From Heterodontus francisci (taxonomy: Eukaryota): a stretch of DNA of 64,000 bases. The stretch is taken from NCBI RefSeq assembly GCF_036365525.1, contig NC_090418.1, positions 8,846,266-8,910,265 on the forward strand, read 5' to 3'. The translations under genes and the position numbers were made by a program. Positions 24,206 through 37,005 of the stretch are shown piece after piece. How positions within the stretch are numbered: the first letter of the stretch is position 1; every line of letters begins with the position of its first letter. The notes below the pieces were generated by a model that saw only the letters and a list, made by a program, of their open reading frames with translations, was not told where the DNA came from and did not search any database.

Positions 24206-27200
24206 CCTCTGTAAGGATCACAAATGGAAATTCTGGCTGATTTCCCCACCCACGTCCCACAGTCCAGAGGCACCGAGGCCAGTTGTAGTGTATTGTCTCA
24301 ATAAAGAGTGTTTGCTAAACCTATTAAAGTTTGTTGAATGCTGTAATATAGATGTGGACATACCACGAGAAAGGACAGGTAAAGGTCAGCTGGCCTATCA
24401 AAGCTGACCTATTCTGGCATAGTGTAACGTCTGGATATGAACACTCCCTCTCCCACCATGTCGCCCACACAATCTCCTGGGAGAATCAATAAAAAAAAAA
24501 TAGAAAAATCTTAGGCCATTTCACTGGGAATTCCTCTCTCATCCCTGAAAATGCTGACAAAATATCCAGGAGGCCAAATATGGAGAAGGTAGGTAGGTGA
24601 CGGTTTAAGAATATAAGAAATAGGAGCAGGAGTAGGTTATTCAGCCCCTCGAGCCTGTTCCACCATTCAGTAATATCATGGCTGATCTACTCTAACTCCA
24701 CCTCGCTGCCCTTATCCCCATTTATTTCATTTGCTTCCTTTAGACTTGCAGTGGCTCACCTACCTTCTGGTTGTAGATATGTTCGCCACGCTCAGGAACT
24801 GGTCTTGCTTCCTTTGAAGGCTTGGAGCGCATGGAGGTTTAAAGGGTGAAATTATAAGGACAGATTGTACTCCTTTGAGTGTGTAAGATTACGGGGTGAT
24901 CTAATTAAGGTGTTTAAGGTGATTAAAGGAGTTGATAGGCTGGATAGACCCAGTTTCCTCTGGTGGGTAGAGTCCAGAACCTTAAATTTAGAGCCAGGCC
25001 ATACAGAGCTGATAGAATCATAGAATGGTTACAGCACAGAAGGAGGCCATTCAGCCCATTGTGTCTGTGCCAGCTCTGTGCAAGTAGGAAGCACTTCTTC
25101 ACACAAAGGGGAGTGGAAATCCGGAACGCTCTTTTCCCCCCCCCCCCCTCTCCCCCCCAAAAGCTGTCGAGGCTGGGGGTTAATTAGAAATTTCAAAACT
25201 GATGGTGGATAGATTTTTGGAAAAAGTTACAGGTGTGCCAGGTTTTAAGCAGGGCAGGGAGAGAAGGGAAGGGAGGGAAAGAACAAAAGGGAAGGCCTGT
25301 GATGGGGTGGAAAACACTGAGAGATTGAATGGCAAAAGGGATGATGATGCAAGGCAAAGGGGAGTGGTAATGGGACGAGTGAAGAAAAGATGCGTCGAGA
25401 GGAGGTGTGAATGGGCAAATGCAGGCTCATCAGCAACAACAGCCATCTAAAAACAAACTTGGTTGGTAAATGGAGGCATTTGCAGATCTTAAGAAAAGGA
25501 GGCCATTCAGCCCTTCCAGCCAGATTCACTATTCAGTTACATTATGGCCGGTCTGTACCTCAACTCCATTTTTTTTCACCTCTGCTGCACATCTGTCAAT
25601 ATCCTCATCCATCAAATATCTGCTAATGGTCTTGAAAGCTCCAGTTGTAGTCCTAGCATCAATAAAGGAGGGGGGGGGGGGGGAAATCTGGAACTCTCTC
25701 CCCCCAGAAAGCTGTGGACGCTGGGGGCCAATTGAAAATTTCACAGTGAGATTGATAAGATTTTTGTTAGGTTACGGAACGAGGCAGGTATGTGCCAAGA
25801 ACTGCCATGATCTAATTGAATGGTGGAACAGGTTTGGGGACTGCCGATTTCCTCCTGTACCTGTGAATCTGCACTCATTGTGCTGGGGAAGAGAGTTCCA
25901 GATTTCCACTACCCTGTGTGTGCAGAAGTGCTTCCTGATTTCACTCCTGAATGGCCTGCCTCTAATTTTTAAGGCTTCAGTCTTGATTCCCCGACCAGCG
26001 AAAATAGTTTCTCTCTAACGGCCCATATCGAATCCTCTGCAAAGGAATGCAGGCCAAATTTATGTTATTCACCCTCACAATTTAACCCTCCAAAGCCCCG
26101 GTGTCATTCAGGGGAATCTGTGCTGAACCCCCTCCCAGGCTGATGTATCCTTCCTGAGGTGCAGAGCCTGGAACTGAGCACAGTTACTCCAGGGATGGGG
26201 TCTGAGCAAGCTCCCGTGCAACTGAAGCATCACTTCCACCCGTTTGTCTCCCAGCTCCTTCCCCACCTGAGATAAAGACTTTGCGTGAACACCCACGTTG
26301 GTTAGCAGCAGTAGTCACAAGATTAGCGCAAGTGAGAGGTAATAAATATCTTTCCTGGGCCAATTTTTTTTTTAAACACAAATGTTTCCCCCCATTTCTC
26401 TCCCCCAAGTCTCTCGCTGGAACTTGGTTCAGTAGGTAGCGATGAGGAACAGGCACTCTGTCTTAATCTCTCTCCTGGCACTGAGGCCAATTACAGTACT
26501 CCCAAGCCCTGGCTGATATCAGGCAACTTGGTGCCAGGAACTTTGAGTGGTCTGTGTTGCTCAGTTATCGCTAGACAGGAGCATGCCAACCATAGAGGTA
26601 GGGGAAGTCAGTCATTGTTTTTGTGGCCACTGGCGAGCTGATTCTTCAGCCCCGTCTCAGATATATCAGAGCTGTGATTCCTGGCTTTCCTGCATACCCC
26701 ATTAACTTGGAAAGCAGCGAGGGCTTGTTTGTGTCTCAGGGGAAGCAATAGGTTTAATGAGAAAAATGCTCCTCAGTTATTAAACATGTTCCCACATTTC
26801 CAGAGGTTGGGGGTTGGTGCGGTGGTTGGGGCTGTTTTTCAGCTGTTGTTATTGATGGCACTGACTTCCCTGAGGAATGAGGGCATTAGTGATATGTGCA
26901 CAGGTTTGTTGGAACGTGGCACAAAGGAACAGCACCCGACACCCGAGGCTCTCAGTGCGTCGCCTATGATACAGCGATGGGCAGATAAGGTTTTTATGTT
27001 GTGTCCATTTGATCCGTGGCCAAGCACTCAGCAGCACATCTGTGGATTTTGGTCCTTGTGCTGTGTCGGGGGAGAGCTGTGCAATGCGAAGGTGCAGTGC
27101 TGGGGGTTACAGGTGTGCCTCTGATGGTGGGTGCATCTTGTTGTCCGGGGGGGGGGGGGGGGTGCGGGGACGGTGGGGAGGGGGTGTTAAGAGCTGCGGA

Positions 27201-28599
27201 TTGGTGCAATATTCTACTGTCTTGTCTTAAGTTGGGCTCCTATCATATGTTATGCAGTGACTGGTGATGCTGGCAGAAGGGAGGATTGATTGAATTGTTA
27301 CCTAATATTATATGTTGAATGGCCGAGGGACTTAAGTTATGTGGAGAAGCAAGAGAAGCTTCCTAGAGCAAAGAAGCTTAAGGGAAGATTTGATAGAGGT
27401 GTGCAGAATGATGAAGGGTTTCGATAGAGTAAGTAGAGAGAAGCTGTTTCCGCTGGCAGGAGGGTCAGTGACCAGAGGACCAGCAGATTAAAGATAATTG
27501 GCAATAGAACCAGAGAGGAGAAGAAACGATTTACGCAGCGAGCTGTTGTGATCTGGATCGCGCTGCCTGAAAGGGCGATGGAAGCAGATTCAATCATAAC
27601 TTTTAGCCGAGAATTGGATAAATACTCGAAGGGGAAAGTTGCAGAGCTATGCAGCAGAAAGAGCAGGGGAGTGGGATTAATTGGATAGCTCGACCAAAGA
27701 GCCAGCACAGGCATGATGGGCTGAATAGCCTCTTTCTGTGCTGTTCATTCCATGATCTAATATTATAATAGGAGATGACTAAAGGAAATGTGTTTCTGTT
27801 ACCTGGTGTGTATCAGCCTTTCCTTACCAAGCATGATTCATCCTTGGAAGTTGCCAGTTAAATTCAGCCAGATATTGTCAGTACAAATTCTCTGTGGTAA
27901 GCCCAGTGTTTTTAAATTTGAATCCATATTGTTGGATTATTGAGAGTCTAGTAAACTTGGCACAATGCATTTCTGTCTTTAGACAGTGGCTGTAAAGTTC
28001 AAGGGGTCTGAACTTCCCATTTCATTTCCCTAAGCTCTGGGATTCCTTTCCTAAAGCTCTCCGACTCTCTCTTCCCTCCTTCAAGATGTCCTTAAAATCT
28101 GTGCCTATGACCCAGGTTCTCCTTATGTGGCTCGGTGTGAAACTTTGTCTGAGAATCGCTCCTGTGAAGCTCCTCGGGACATTTTGCTGCATTAAATTGT
28201 AAGTTGTTTATTTCCAACCAGCTTGCTCCTTATTTCCCCTGAGGACACTGGCACCTTTAGGCATCTGTTTGGTACCAGGCTCTCAAGTGGCTGTTATTGT
28301 GAATGCTGGCGGCCTCTTTAACCTTACAGCTGAGCCGCAGGCTGTCTTCACGTATACTTCCAGCGGGGGATAATGGATAGCCGTTAAGATGTGAGAATTC
28401 TCGTTATCTTTCTCCATCCCCACCCCGCACCCCAACCTATGCATTAACGTGGAACTTGCATTTATATAGCGCCTTTCACAACCTCAGGACCCAAGCTGGT
28501 GCAGACATGATGGGCCAAATGGCCTCCTTCTGCACTGTAACAATTCTGTGATTGTGTGAAAGAGCTTTACAGTCAATGAAGAACCCCAATAGTTTTTTT

Positions 28600-29200
28600 A
28601 AAATTTGCTTTTGGGATGTGGGTGTCACTGGCAAGGCCATTTATTGCCCATCCCTAATTGCCCTTGAGAAGGTGGCGGTGAGCTGCCTTCTTGAACTGCT
28701 GCAGTCCATGTGGGGTAGGTGCACCCACACTGCGGTTAGGGAGGGAGTTCCAGGAATTTGACTCAGCGACAGTGAAGGAATGGCGATATATTTGCAAATC
28801 AAAATGGTCTGTGACTTGATGGTGATGGTGTTCCCATGTGTTTGCTGCCCTTGTCCTTCTAAGTGGTAGAGGTCGTGGGTTTAGAAGGTGTTATCTAAGG
28901 GGCCTTGGTGAGTTGCTGCAGTGCATCTTGTAGATGGTACACACTGCTGCCACTGTGTATCAGTGGTGGAGGGAGTGAATGTTTAAGGTGGTGGATGGGG
29001 TGCCGATCAAGCGGGCTGCTTTGTCCTGGATGGTGTTGAGCTTATTGTTGGAAACACACACATCCAGGCAAGTGGAGAGTATTCCCTCACATTCTGGACT
29101 TGTGCTTTGTGGATGGTGGACAGGCATTGGGGAGTCAGGAGGTAAGTTACTCACTACAGAATTCCCAGCCTCTGACCAGCTGTTGTCGCCACAGTATTTA
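28600..29200 (-). mobile_element. LINE family B 3' fragment
   Basis: KLNTIQDKAARLIGTPS on the minus strand plus the family B tail; interrupts a SacSINE1-like copy. Confidence 0.8.
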
Positions 29201-30119
29201 TATAACTGATCCAGTTAAGTTTAACGGTGGGATATTCAGCGCTGGTAATGTCTTTGAATGTAACAGTGTAAGACGCTGTTGTAATGTAGGAAGCGCAGCA
29301 ACCAATTTGCACACAGAAAGCTCCCACGAACGGTAATGTGATAATGACCAGGTCATTGTGAGGTTGGTTGAGGGATAAATATTGACCGGGACACTCGAGG
29401 AGAACTCCCCTGCTCGTCTTTGAAAGAGTGCCCTAGGTGAGACCAATCACCTCAGCACCGACGGGGGACGGAACCCGGGTAAATTCTTCATCGTACGGCT
29501 TGGCTGGTCCTGGGAACACGCTGGGTAATCTCGCCGAGCCTTTGTGAATTTGCGTTTGCGAGAAAACTGAATAAAAAATTAACCTTTTGTCAAACCTGCT
29601 TTCAGAAAAATGCAGCTGAGCGGCAAATGGATTTACGGTGGAGATTAGCAAATACAGGTGCCAAAAGTGGAACCTGTTTCAGTGCAGCCATCACTCATGT
29701 TATGATGACGATCACACTCACCAAATAGTTTCCACTTAAAAAAAAACATTTAATTAATCAGAGTACCGACAGAACCGTCTTAACTTAAAATTCTAATAGG
29801 TTTCATGGAGAGAAATATTAGCTGGAGCTTGAAGTGCATCTGATTAAACATTCTCGCCATTAAGATATCTCCAGGCATCAAATGTATTGCTCAGGTCCCA
29901 CTTCATGTCCCACGTGAACCTCTTGAATTACTTTCAATAATTCCCCAACTGCAGCCCTCACTAACTCCCATCTCGGCTCCTTTATATTAGAGAGCTAGCA
30001 CTAAGGGCAACTCCCGCCTTCAGAGACAGTGCTGGAAAGCAGACAAGGTGCAGATATGGCCTCTCAAGATGCCAGGAGTCTCCTGGAGAAGCAGCTGCAG
30101 AGGAGAAAGAGAGCGAGAA

Positions 30120-30515
30120 AGCCTTGCATTTATATAACACCTTTCACAATCTCAGGACGCTCCAAAGTAGTTAATCGCCAATGCGCTTTTGAAGTGTGGT
30201 CAGTGCTGTGGTAGGAAATGGGGCAGCCAATTTGCACACAGCAAGATCCCACCAACAGCAATGAGATAAATGGCCTGATAATCTTTTTTAATGATGTTAG
30301 TTAAGGGTTGAACATTGGCCCAGTACACTGGGGCAGAACTCCCCTGCTTGTTGAGATAGGGGACCTTTTATGCCCACCTAAGAGGGCAGGCGAGGCCTCG
30401 GCGTAACTGCAGCACTGGGAGTGTCAGCCTGGATTTTGCGCTCCAGTCTTGGGAGTGGGACTTGAACGCACAAGGCCTCTGATCCAGCGACAAGAGTGCT
30501 ACCCGCTGAGATACT
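30120..30515 (-). mobile_element. SacSINE1-like SINE
   Basis: Reverse Deu-SINE tail, core and head. Confidence 0.8.
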
Positions 30516-31246
30516 GGTGCAACACGACTGGAAGGATGTTACAGCGGTTTTATCTCGTGAACAAATTATAATTTGTGGAATTGCTGGTGAGCAGATAAGA
30601 TGCAGATGAGATGGTAAGAGATTTCACTTAGAGAGACGCCTTAATCTGTAGTTGTCTGTAAAACCATTTGAGCACACAGTAGGACTCAGTGAGTAGCACA
30701 TTACTGTTCGGAATAATGACGGGCTTCAGCTCTGTAAACTAAATCTGTAGGATTTAATATTTAATTCAATACTACCTTTTGGACAATCATCGATCTTTCT
30801 ATAGTCCTAGGCTTTTAACTTCAAGGTAGGTTTCTTCAAAATATATAAAAATTCAAAATTGATTTGCTGAAAATGATGAGCTTTTAAACCAAAAACCCAC
30901 TTGGTTATAATAATCTAATGGGTTCCCTTTTGGTTGGGAAACATGTTGTCTAATATATCTGCATATTATTTGAGAGCACTCACCACAATATCTACTTCCA
31001 AGTGTCAAAAGCATTTAAAAGAGATAGGACTTGAGAGAAATAGACTTGCAGGATTGCAGGGTTCGAGCGGGGGAGTGAGACTGACTGGATAGCTCCGTGG
31101 AGAGCTGGCACGGCCTCGATGGTCAGAACGGTCACCTTCTTGCTGTAAATGACTCTGACGAAAGACGGGCATTTTATACTGTTTCTTTTCTTCTGACCTG
31201 GAGCCAGGAATTTCTGTCTCACAGCAGAACAATGAATCACAGATTG

Positions 31247-31400
31247 ACGTGTGTGTGGATGTGTTTGTTTGTGAGGTTGTGTGCGTGTGTGTCTGTGTGT
31301 ATGTGTGTGAGTGTGTGGGTGTATGTGTGAGTGTAGGGGGGGTGTGCGTGTGTGCACGTGTCTGTGTGTGTATGTATGTGTGTGTGTCTGTGTATGTGTG
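31247..31400. repeat. Imperfect (TG)n microsatellite
   Basis: Directly visible TG repeat. Confidence 0.95.
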
Positions 31401-32749
31401 GTCAGGCTAGTGCTTTTTTAATATTAAAAAAAAATCTCTTGGATAAGTAACTTTAGCACCATCTGCTACTCCTAATATCTTGTGATTTGAAGGCCTGCTC
31501 TTGTCTCTGGTGTTATGTTTGCTGTTACCCCCTCTCTCTCTTCCATTTGCCGTCTCCAGTCTTTCTGATGCAGTTTGATGAGGTCACAGAGACACAGCTG
31601 TAAATGGAATGATGTAATAATAACCCCGCTTGTCACGCGTGACGTCATAAGTGTATGACTGAGTGAGCTTTAGGATAAGATTAGCTTGATGAAAACCTTG
31701 GGTGACCTTGCCTATTCATGGTTAGTACCTTCGCGTGGCTCCCTGTATCTTAGATTTCATGTTTCCCGCCCGAAAGCTGCTGATTCTTGGAACTAATACA
31801 TTCCCCACATGTCCTGGCCACCTTGGTCAAATGGTTCTTCCTTGCGTTAACCAGAGACAGCTGGCGTCAGCACGCCACGGGGGTGGTCACAGCGGGGCTC
31901 GGCCCTGACCTTGTCCTCACCTGCTTATCTGGTTAGCCAGACTTTGCAGCAGGGCTCAGTGGATGGTCATCCGGATCGGGGTGGGGGGGGTGCTTGGGTT
32001 AGTGATTCGGGAGTGGGAGGTGGAGTTTGGCCTCATCTGCCCACCCATGAGACCAGATGTTGTTCCTCTACCTCTGTGGCTGCAGCTTCCTGGAATGGGT
32101 CACTTCACCGTCGTTCGAACAGGGACTAAAGTGTCGTGGAAACCTGGAATTCTCTCCTCTGCATGCGGTGCGGTTGCTGAGGGGATCATCAGAGCTTTCA
32201 AGACTCAAGATGAGATAATAGATTTTTGTTAGGCTAGTGTATTAAGGGTTATGGATCCAAGGCAGGTCGATAGAGATAGGCTGCAGATCAGCCATGGTCT
32301 AACTGAATGACCGAATCGCCTCGAGGGGCTGAATGGGCTGCTCCTGTTCCAGTTCTCTGCTCCGTCTGGTTTGGAACCAGACAATGCATGGTTTAGGCTC
32401 TAGTCTGCTGTTGGACATTAGCAGGAGCTGTAACAGAATCGCACTGACAGAAGTCTTCACGTCGTAGAGGCAAATGGATCATCCCTTCAGGAGAAAGTCC
32501 TGCCATGACTATCCTGCTTAGAAACATCACCTCGAAACCTGCACTTGTTAAGGTTTGAGGTGCAGAGCCTTTTCCAAAAATCGAGCACATATACTTCAAT
32601 CCCATTCAGAGAAGTCTTGTCGATTGTTACTACGAGGGAGGCGCTTTATAAATGTCAGTTTTTGCAACTCAGTGGCTTTCTGAAAAGTTTAGTTCTGTGA
32701 TTTTTCACCTTGTTGCTCCAGTACCATTTCATGTATCCACACCTATGGG

Positions 32750-33160
32750 ACCCCATTCACCACCTTCAACATTCACTCCCTCCATCACAGTGGCAGCAGT
32801 GTGTACCATCTACAAGATGCACTGCAGCAACTCAGCAAGGCTCCTTCGACAGCACCTTCCAAACCCGTGACCTCTACCACCTAGAAGGACAAGGGCAGCA
32901 GACGCATGGGAACACCACCAGCTGCAAGTTCCCCTCCAAGTCACGCACCATTTTGATTTGCAAATATATCGCTGTTCCTTCACTGTCGCTGAGTCAAAAT
33001 CCTGGAACTCCCTTCCTAACAGCACTGTGGGTGTACCTACACCCTATGGACTGCAGCGGTTCAAGCAGGCAGCTCACCACCACCTGCTCAAGGGCAATTA
33101 GGGATGGGCAATAAATGGTCTTGCCAGTGACGCCCACATCCCATGAACAAATAAAAAAAA
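32750..33160 (+). mobile_element. LINE family B 3' end
   Basis: VAAVCTIYKMHCSNS..LLRQHLPNP, then the tail '...gggatgggcaataaatg...cacatcccatgaacaaataaaaaaaa'. Confidence 0.85.
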
Positions 33161-33232
33161 GCACAGCTGTCTCTTTAGCAAGGCAACAAAGAGTTGTGAT
33201 ACTAAAACCATCTGCTTTTCCTTTCTCTTCAG

Positions 33233-33314
33233 GACCAAAGACATAAAGTCACACTGAAGCGACACCGGTAGCCTTGTTCAGGACGGACTTATCTGGCTTT
33301 AGACCATTTTGCAG
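33233..33314 (+). other. Probable 82-nt non-coding 5'UTR exon of the vigilin gene
   Basis: Non-repeat sequence between repeats; polypyrimidine acceptor 'tgcttttcctttctcttcag|' and donor 'GCAG|gtgggt'; no ATG. Confidence 0.55.
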
Positions 33315-33394
33315 GTGGGTTTGGTCGATGCTGTGGACTGTATAGACAAACTGAAACTGATTTAGTAAGGGTGGGTGATGCAGTGAAAGAAAGG

Positions 33395-34790
33395 AAGATT
33401 TGCATTTATTTTTCAGGACGTCCCAAAGTGCTTTACAGCTGGCAAAGTAATTTTGAGGTGCAGTCACTTTTATAATTTATAACATGGTTGCCAATTGTCA
33501 CACAGCAAGCTCCCAGAATCAGCAATGTGATAATGACCAGATAATCTTTTTTGTTAATGATGTTGGTTGACACTTGAATCTTGGCCCAGGACATCGAGGA
33601 GAATTACCCTGCCCTTCTTAGAATAGCACCATGCGATCTTTTACATCCACCTGAGAGGGCAGTCAGCAGCCTCAGTTTAACATCTCATCCAAAAGATTGC
33701 ATTTCTGCCAGTGCAGCACTCCCTCAGCACTGCACTGGAAGTGTCATAGAGTCGTAGAGTTATACAGCACGGAAACAGACCCATCGGCCCATCGTGTCTG
33801 TGCTGGCCATCAAGCACCTAACTATTCTAATCCCATTTTCCAGCAGTTGCCCCGTAGCCCTGTATGCTATGGCGTTTCAAGTGCTCATCTAAAAACTTCT
33901 TAAATGTTGTGAGGGTTCCTGCCTCAACCACCTCTTTAGGCAGTACGTTCCAGATTCCAACCACCCTCTGGGTGAAATTTTTTTTCCTCAAATCCCCTCT
34001 AAACCACCTCCTGCCCCTTACCTTAAATCTATGCCCCCTGGTTATTGACCCCTCTGCTCAGGGGAAAAAGTTTCTTCCTATCTAACCTATCAATGCCCCT
34101 CATAATTTTGTATACCTCAATCATTTCCCCCTCAGCCTTCTCTGCTCTAAGGAAAACAACCCTAGCCTTTTCATTCTCTCTTCATAGCTGAAATGCTCCA
34201 GCCCAGGCAACATCCTGGTGAATATCCTCTGCACCCTCTCCAGTGCAGTCACATCCTTCCTATAGTGTGGTGCCCAGAACTGTACACAGTACCCCAGCTC
34301 TGGCCTAACTCGCGTTTTATACAGCTCATCATGACCTCCCTGCTCTTCTATTCTATGCCTCGGCTAATAAAGGCAAGTATCCCATATGCCTTCCTAACCA
34401 CCTTATCTACCTGTGCTGCTGCCTTCAGTGATCTATGGACAAGTACACCAAAGTCCCTCTGACCTTCTGTACTTCCTAGGGTCCTACCATCCATTGTATA
34501 TTCCCTTACCTTGTTAGTCCTTCCAAAATGCATCACCTCACACTTCTCAGGATTAAGTTCCATTTGCCGCAGCTCCGTCCATCTTCCCAGCCCACCTATA
34601 TTGTCCTGTAATCTAAGGCTTTCCTCCTCGCTATTTACGACACCACCAATTTTCATGTCATCTGTGAACTTACTGATCAAACCTCCATACCTCCTTAGAT
34701 TATGTGCTCAAGTCTCTGGAGTTGGGTTTGAACCCACAACCTTTAGACTGAGAAACAAGAGCACAGCCCACTGAGACAAGGCTGGCATTG
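33395..34790 (-). mobile_element. SacSINE1-like SINE split by a CR1 LINE insertion (CR1 about 33746-34682, minus)
   Basis: SINE breaks at '..ggaagtgtca' and resumes at 'tagattatgtgctcaag'; the insert encodes ISKFTDDMKIGG and EKCEVMHFGR on the minus strand. Confidence 0.85.
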
Positions 34791-35149
34791 AAAGCTTGGA
34801 GTTGATCAGGAAGTTGAAACTATGCTGACAGGTGCACTAAAGGGTTAACGTGTAGTAAATAACTGTCCTCCCATCAATGATCCCTCACAAAATGTCCTTT
34901 TGGCAGCTACACGTTCTCTACTGAAGAATGTAAACCTCAGACCCACCATGAGAAATGCTGTGCCCGGACCTTTGCTGATGCCCACCCTGTAAGCGGTTGC
35001 TAATAGGTACCCACGATGACTGACACACGGCATCTTTCCGACAGCATGGCCAAAACCAGGCATCTTCCACACGGAAGAGTTGCATGGGGTGCCAACAGAC
35101 CTTTAAAAAAAGGTTAATAAGAGCATTAAAAAAACGGGAGCAAAGCACT

Positions 35150-36200
35150 GGGGCCCATTCCTAGAGGGATAGAACTGGAAAGCAGAGATGTCAGTTAAAC
35201 TTGTATCGAACTTCGGTTAGACCATGCTTGGGTCACTGTGCACAGCTCTGCTGCCCATATTCCAAAAAGGGTATAGCGGCCCTAGAGAAGGTGCAAAAAA
35301 AGATTCACAAGTATGATGCCAGAACTGAGAAGTTATACTTATCAGAGAAAGCTAAATAGGCTGGGGTCCTTTTCTCCAGGAAAGAGAAGGCTGAGGGGTG
35401 TCCTAATAGAGGTCTTTAAAATGATGGAGTTACATCGGGTAAACATAGAGATGTTTCCATTTATGGGAAAGACAAAAAGTAGAGGTGATAAATATGATTC
35501 TTCTTCTTCTTCTTTGGCCTCCTTTTCTCGGGAAACAATGGGTAAGCGCCTGGAGGTAGTCAGTGGTTTGTGGAGCAGTGCCTGGAGCGGCTATAAAGGC
35601 CAATACTAGAGTGACAGACTCTTCCACAGGTGCGGCAGAAAAAATTGGTTGTCGGGGCTGTTACACAGTTGGCTCTCCCCTTGCGCTTCTGTCTTTTTTC
35701 CTGCCAACTGCTAAGTCTCTTCAACTCGCCACACTTTAGCCCCGCCTTTATGGCTGCCCGCCAGCTCTGGCGATTGCTGGCAACTGACTCCCACGACTTG
35801 TGATCATTGTCACAGGACTTCATGTCGCGTTTGCAGACGTCTTTAAAGCGGAGACATGGACGGCCGGTAGGTCTGATACCAGTGGCGAGCTCGCTGTACA
35901 TGTGTCCTTGGGGATCCTGCCATCTTCCATGCGGCACCAATAAATCCAATAGGGAATTAAGAAGAGACTTCTTTGCCTAGAGAACGGTGAGAATGTGGAA
36001 CTTGCTACCGCACGGAGTAGTTGATGTTAATAAAGTCGATGTATTTAAGGGGAAGCTAGATAAATGCATGAGGGAGAAAGGAATAGAAGGTTAAGTTGAT
36101 AGGGTGAGGTGAAGAGGGGTGGAAGGAGGCTCATGTGGAGCATAAACACCAGCACGGAGCAGATGGGCTGAATGGTCTGTTTCTGTGCTGGAGTGTAACA
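35150..36200 (+). mobile_element. CR1 LINE 3' fragment interrupted by an RTE insertion
   Basis: KRRLRGVLIEVFKMM and a CR1 3'UTR; continuity broken between about 35497 and 35935. Confidence 0.8.
35498..35934 (-). mobile_element. RTE LINE 3' fragment
   Basis: YSELATGIRPTGRPCLRFKDVCKRDMK, near-identical to the 4676-6044 copy; tail seen as (TTC)n. Confidence 0.92.
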
Positions 36201-36329
36201 TGTGAAAGCCATTCCCTTCCCGCTCCTTGGCGCAGGGCTCCAGTGTGTTGCGCGGCAGTGCTGCCGTTCCCCGGTTGTGCGGTCTTGGCGAGCCGATGCT
36301 GACGTCACCATCTTTCGTTGTCGTTTCAG

Positions 36330-36366
36330 TGGAATATCGGAATCTGTCAAATCTGGGTTTGGAACC
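36330..36366 (+). other. HDLBP: 5'UTR part of the first coding exon of vigilin
   Basis: Acceptor 'tctttcgttgtcgtttcag|' (AG at 36328-36329), CTGAC branch-like motif at 36299-36303, Kozak context ACCATGA. Confidence 0.8.
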
Positions 36367-36442
36367 ATGAGCTCGGTAGCTGTGCTTACACCGGAGAGCT
36401 TTGCTGAGCATCGCAGCGGCTTAGGAGACCAGGAGACCAGAG
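36367..36442 (+). CDS. HDLBP: Vigilin (HDLBP family) coding exon 1
   Basis: MSSVAVLTPESFAEHRSGL matches the vigilin N-terminus; 76 nt; phase-1 donor G|gtcagt. Confidence 0.95.
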
Positions 36443-36629
36443 GTCAGTGTTGCCGTAAGGGTGGCTGCCATCTTTAGCAAGACCATGAGAAAGGTCGATG
36501 TCTGAGGTAAAGCAAAGTGACTTTTCCATCATCCTGATTTTCTGTGAACGGATAGGTGCAGCAAACATCTGAGCCTGAGGACATAGCCCCTTTGACCTAG
36601 TAGTAAAGGCACTAAGTCATTACAGAAAG

Positions 36630-37005
36630 AAAAGCCATGCATTAATTATTGCATCTTTCACAGCCTCAGGACGTCCAATAGTGCTTTACGCTAGTGGAGT
36701 ACTTTTTGAAGTGTAGTCACTGTTGTAGGAAACATGGCAGCCAATTTGCACACAGCAAGCTCCCACAGAGAGCAGTGCGATAATGTCACAGGCGCAGGAT
36801 CGTTTACATCCACCTGAGAGAGCAGAGGGGGCCCCGGTTTGGTTGTCACATCCGGAGGTCAGCACCTGCGACAGTGCAGCATTCCCTCGGTACTGCACTT
36901 GGAGCGTCAGTCTGGACTTTGTGCTCTGGTCTCTGGAGTGAGCCTAGTATCCACAGCCTTCTGTCTCAGATGCAAAAGTGCTGCTCCCCTGAGCGATGGC
37001 TGATG
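36630..37005 (-). mobile_element. SacSINE1-like SINE
   Basis: Reverse Deu-SINE tail, core and head. Confidence 0.75.

Noticed and set aside
25180-26018. ORFs of 80-182 aa as host genes
   Set aside because: Chimeric reads through CR1 and Penelope-like fragments, with no splice-consistent gene model; the same applies to most short ORFs in the track
27146-27185. Long G or C homopolymers (also near 3061, 8461, 11148, 25136, 47321) as functional G4 elements
   Set aside because: Scattered through repeats, length unreliable in assemblies, and no specific support
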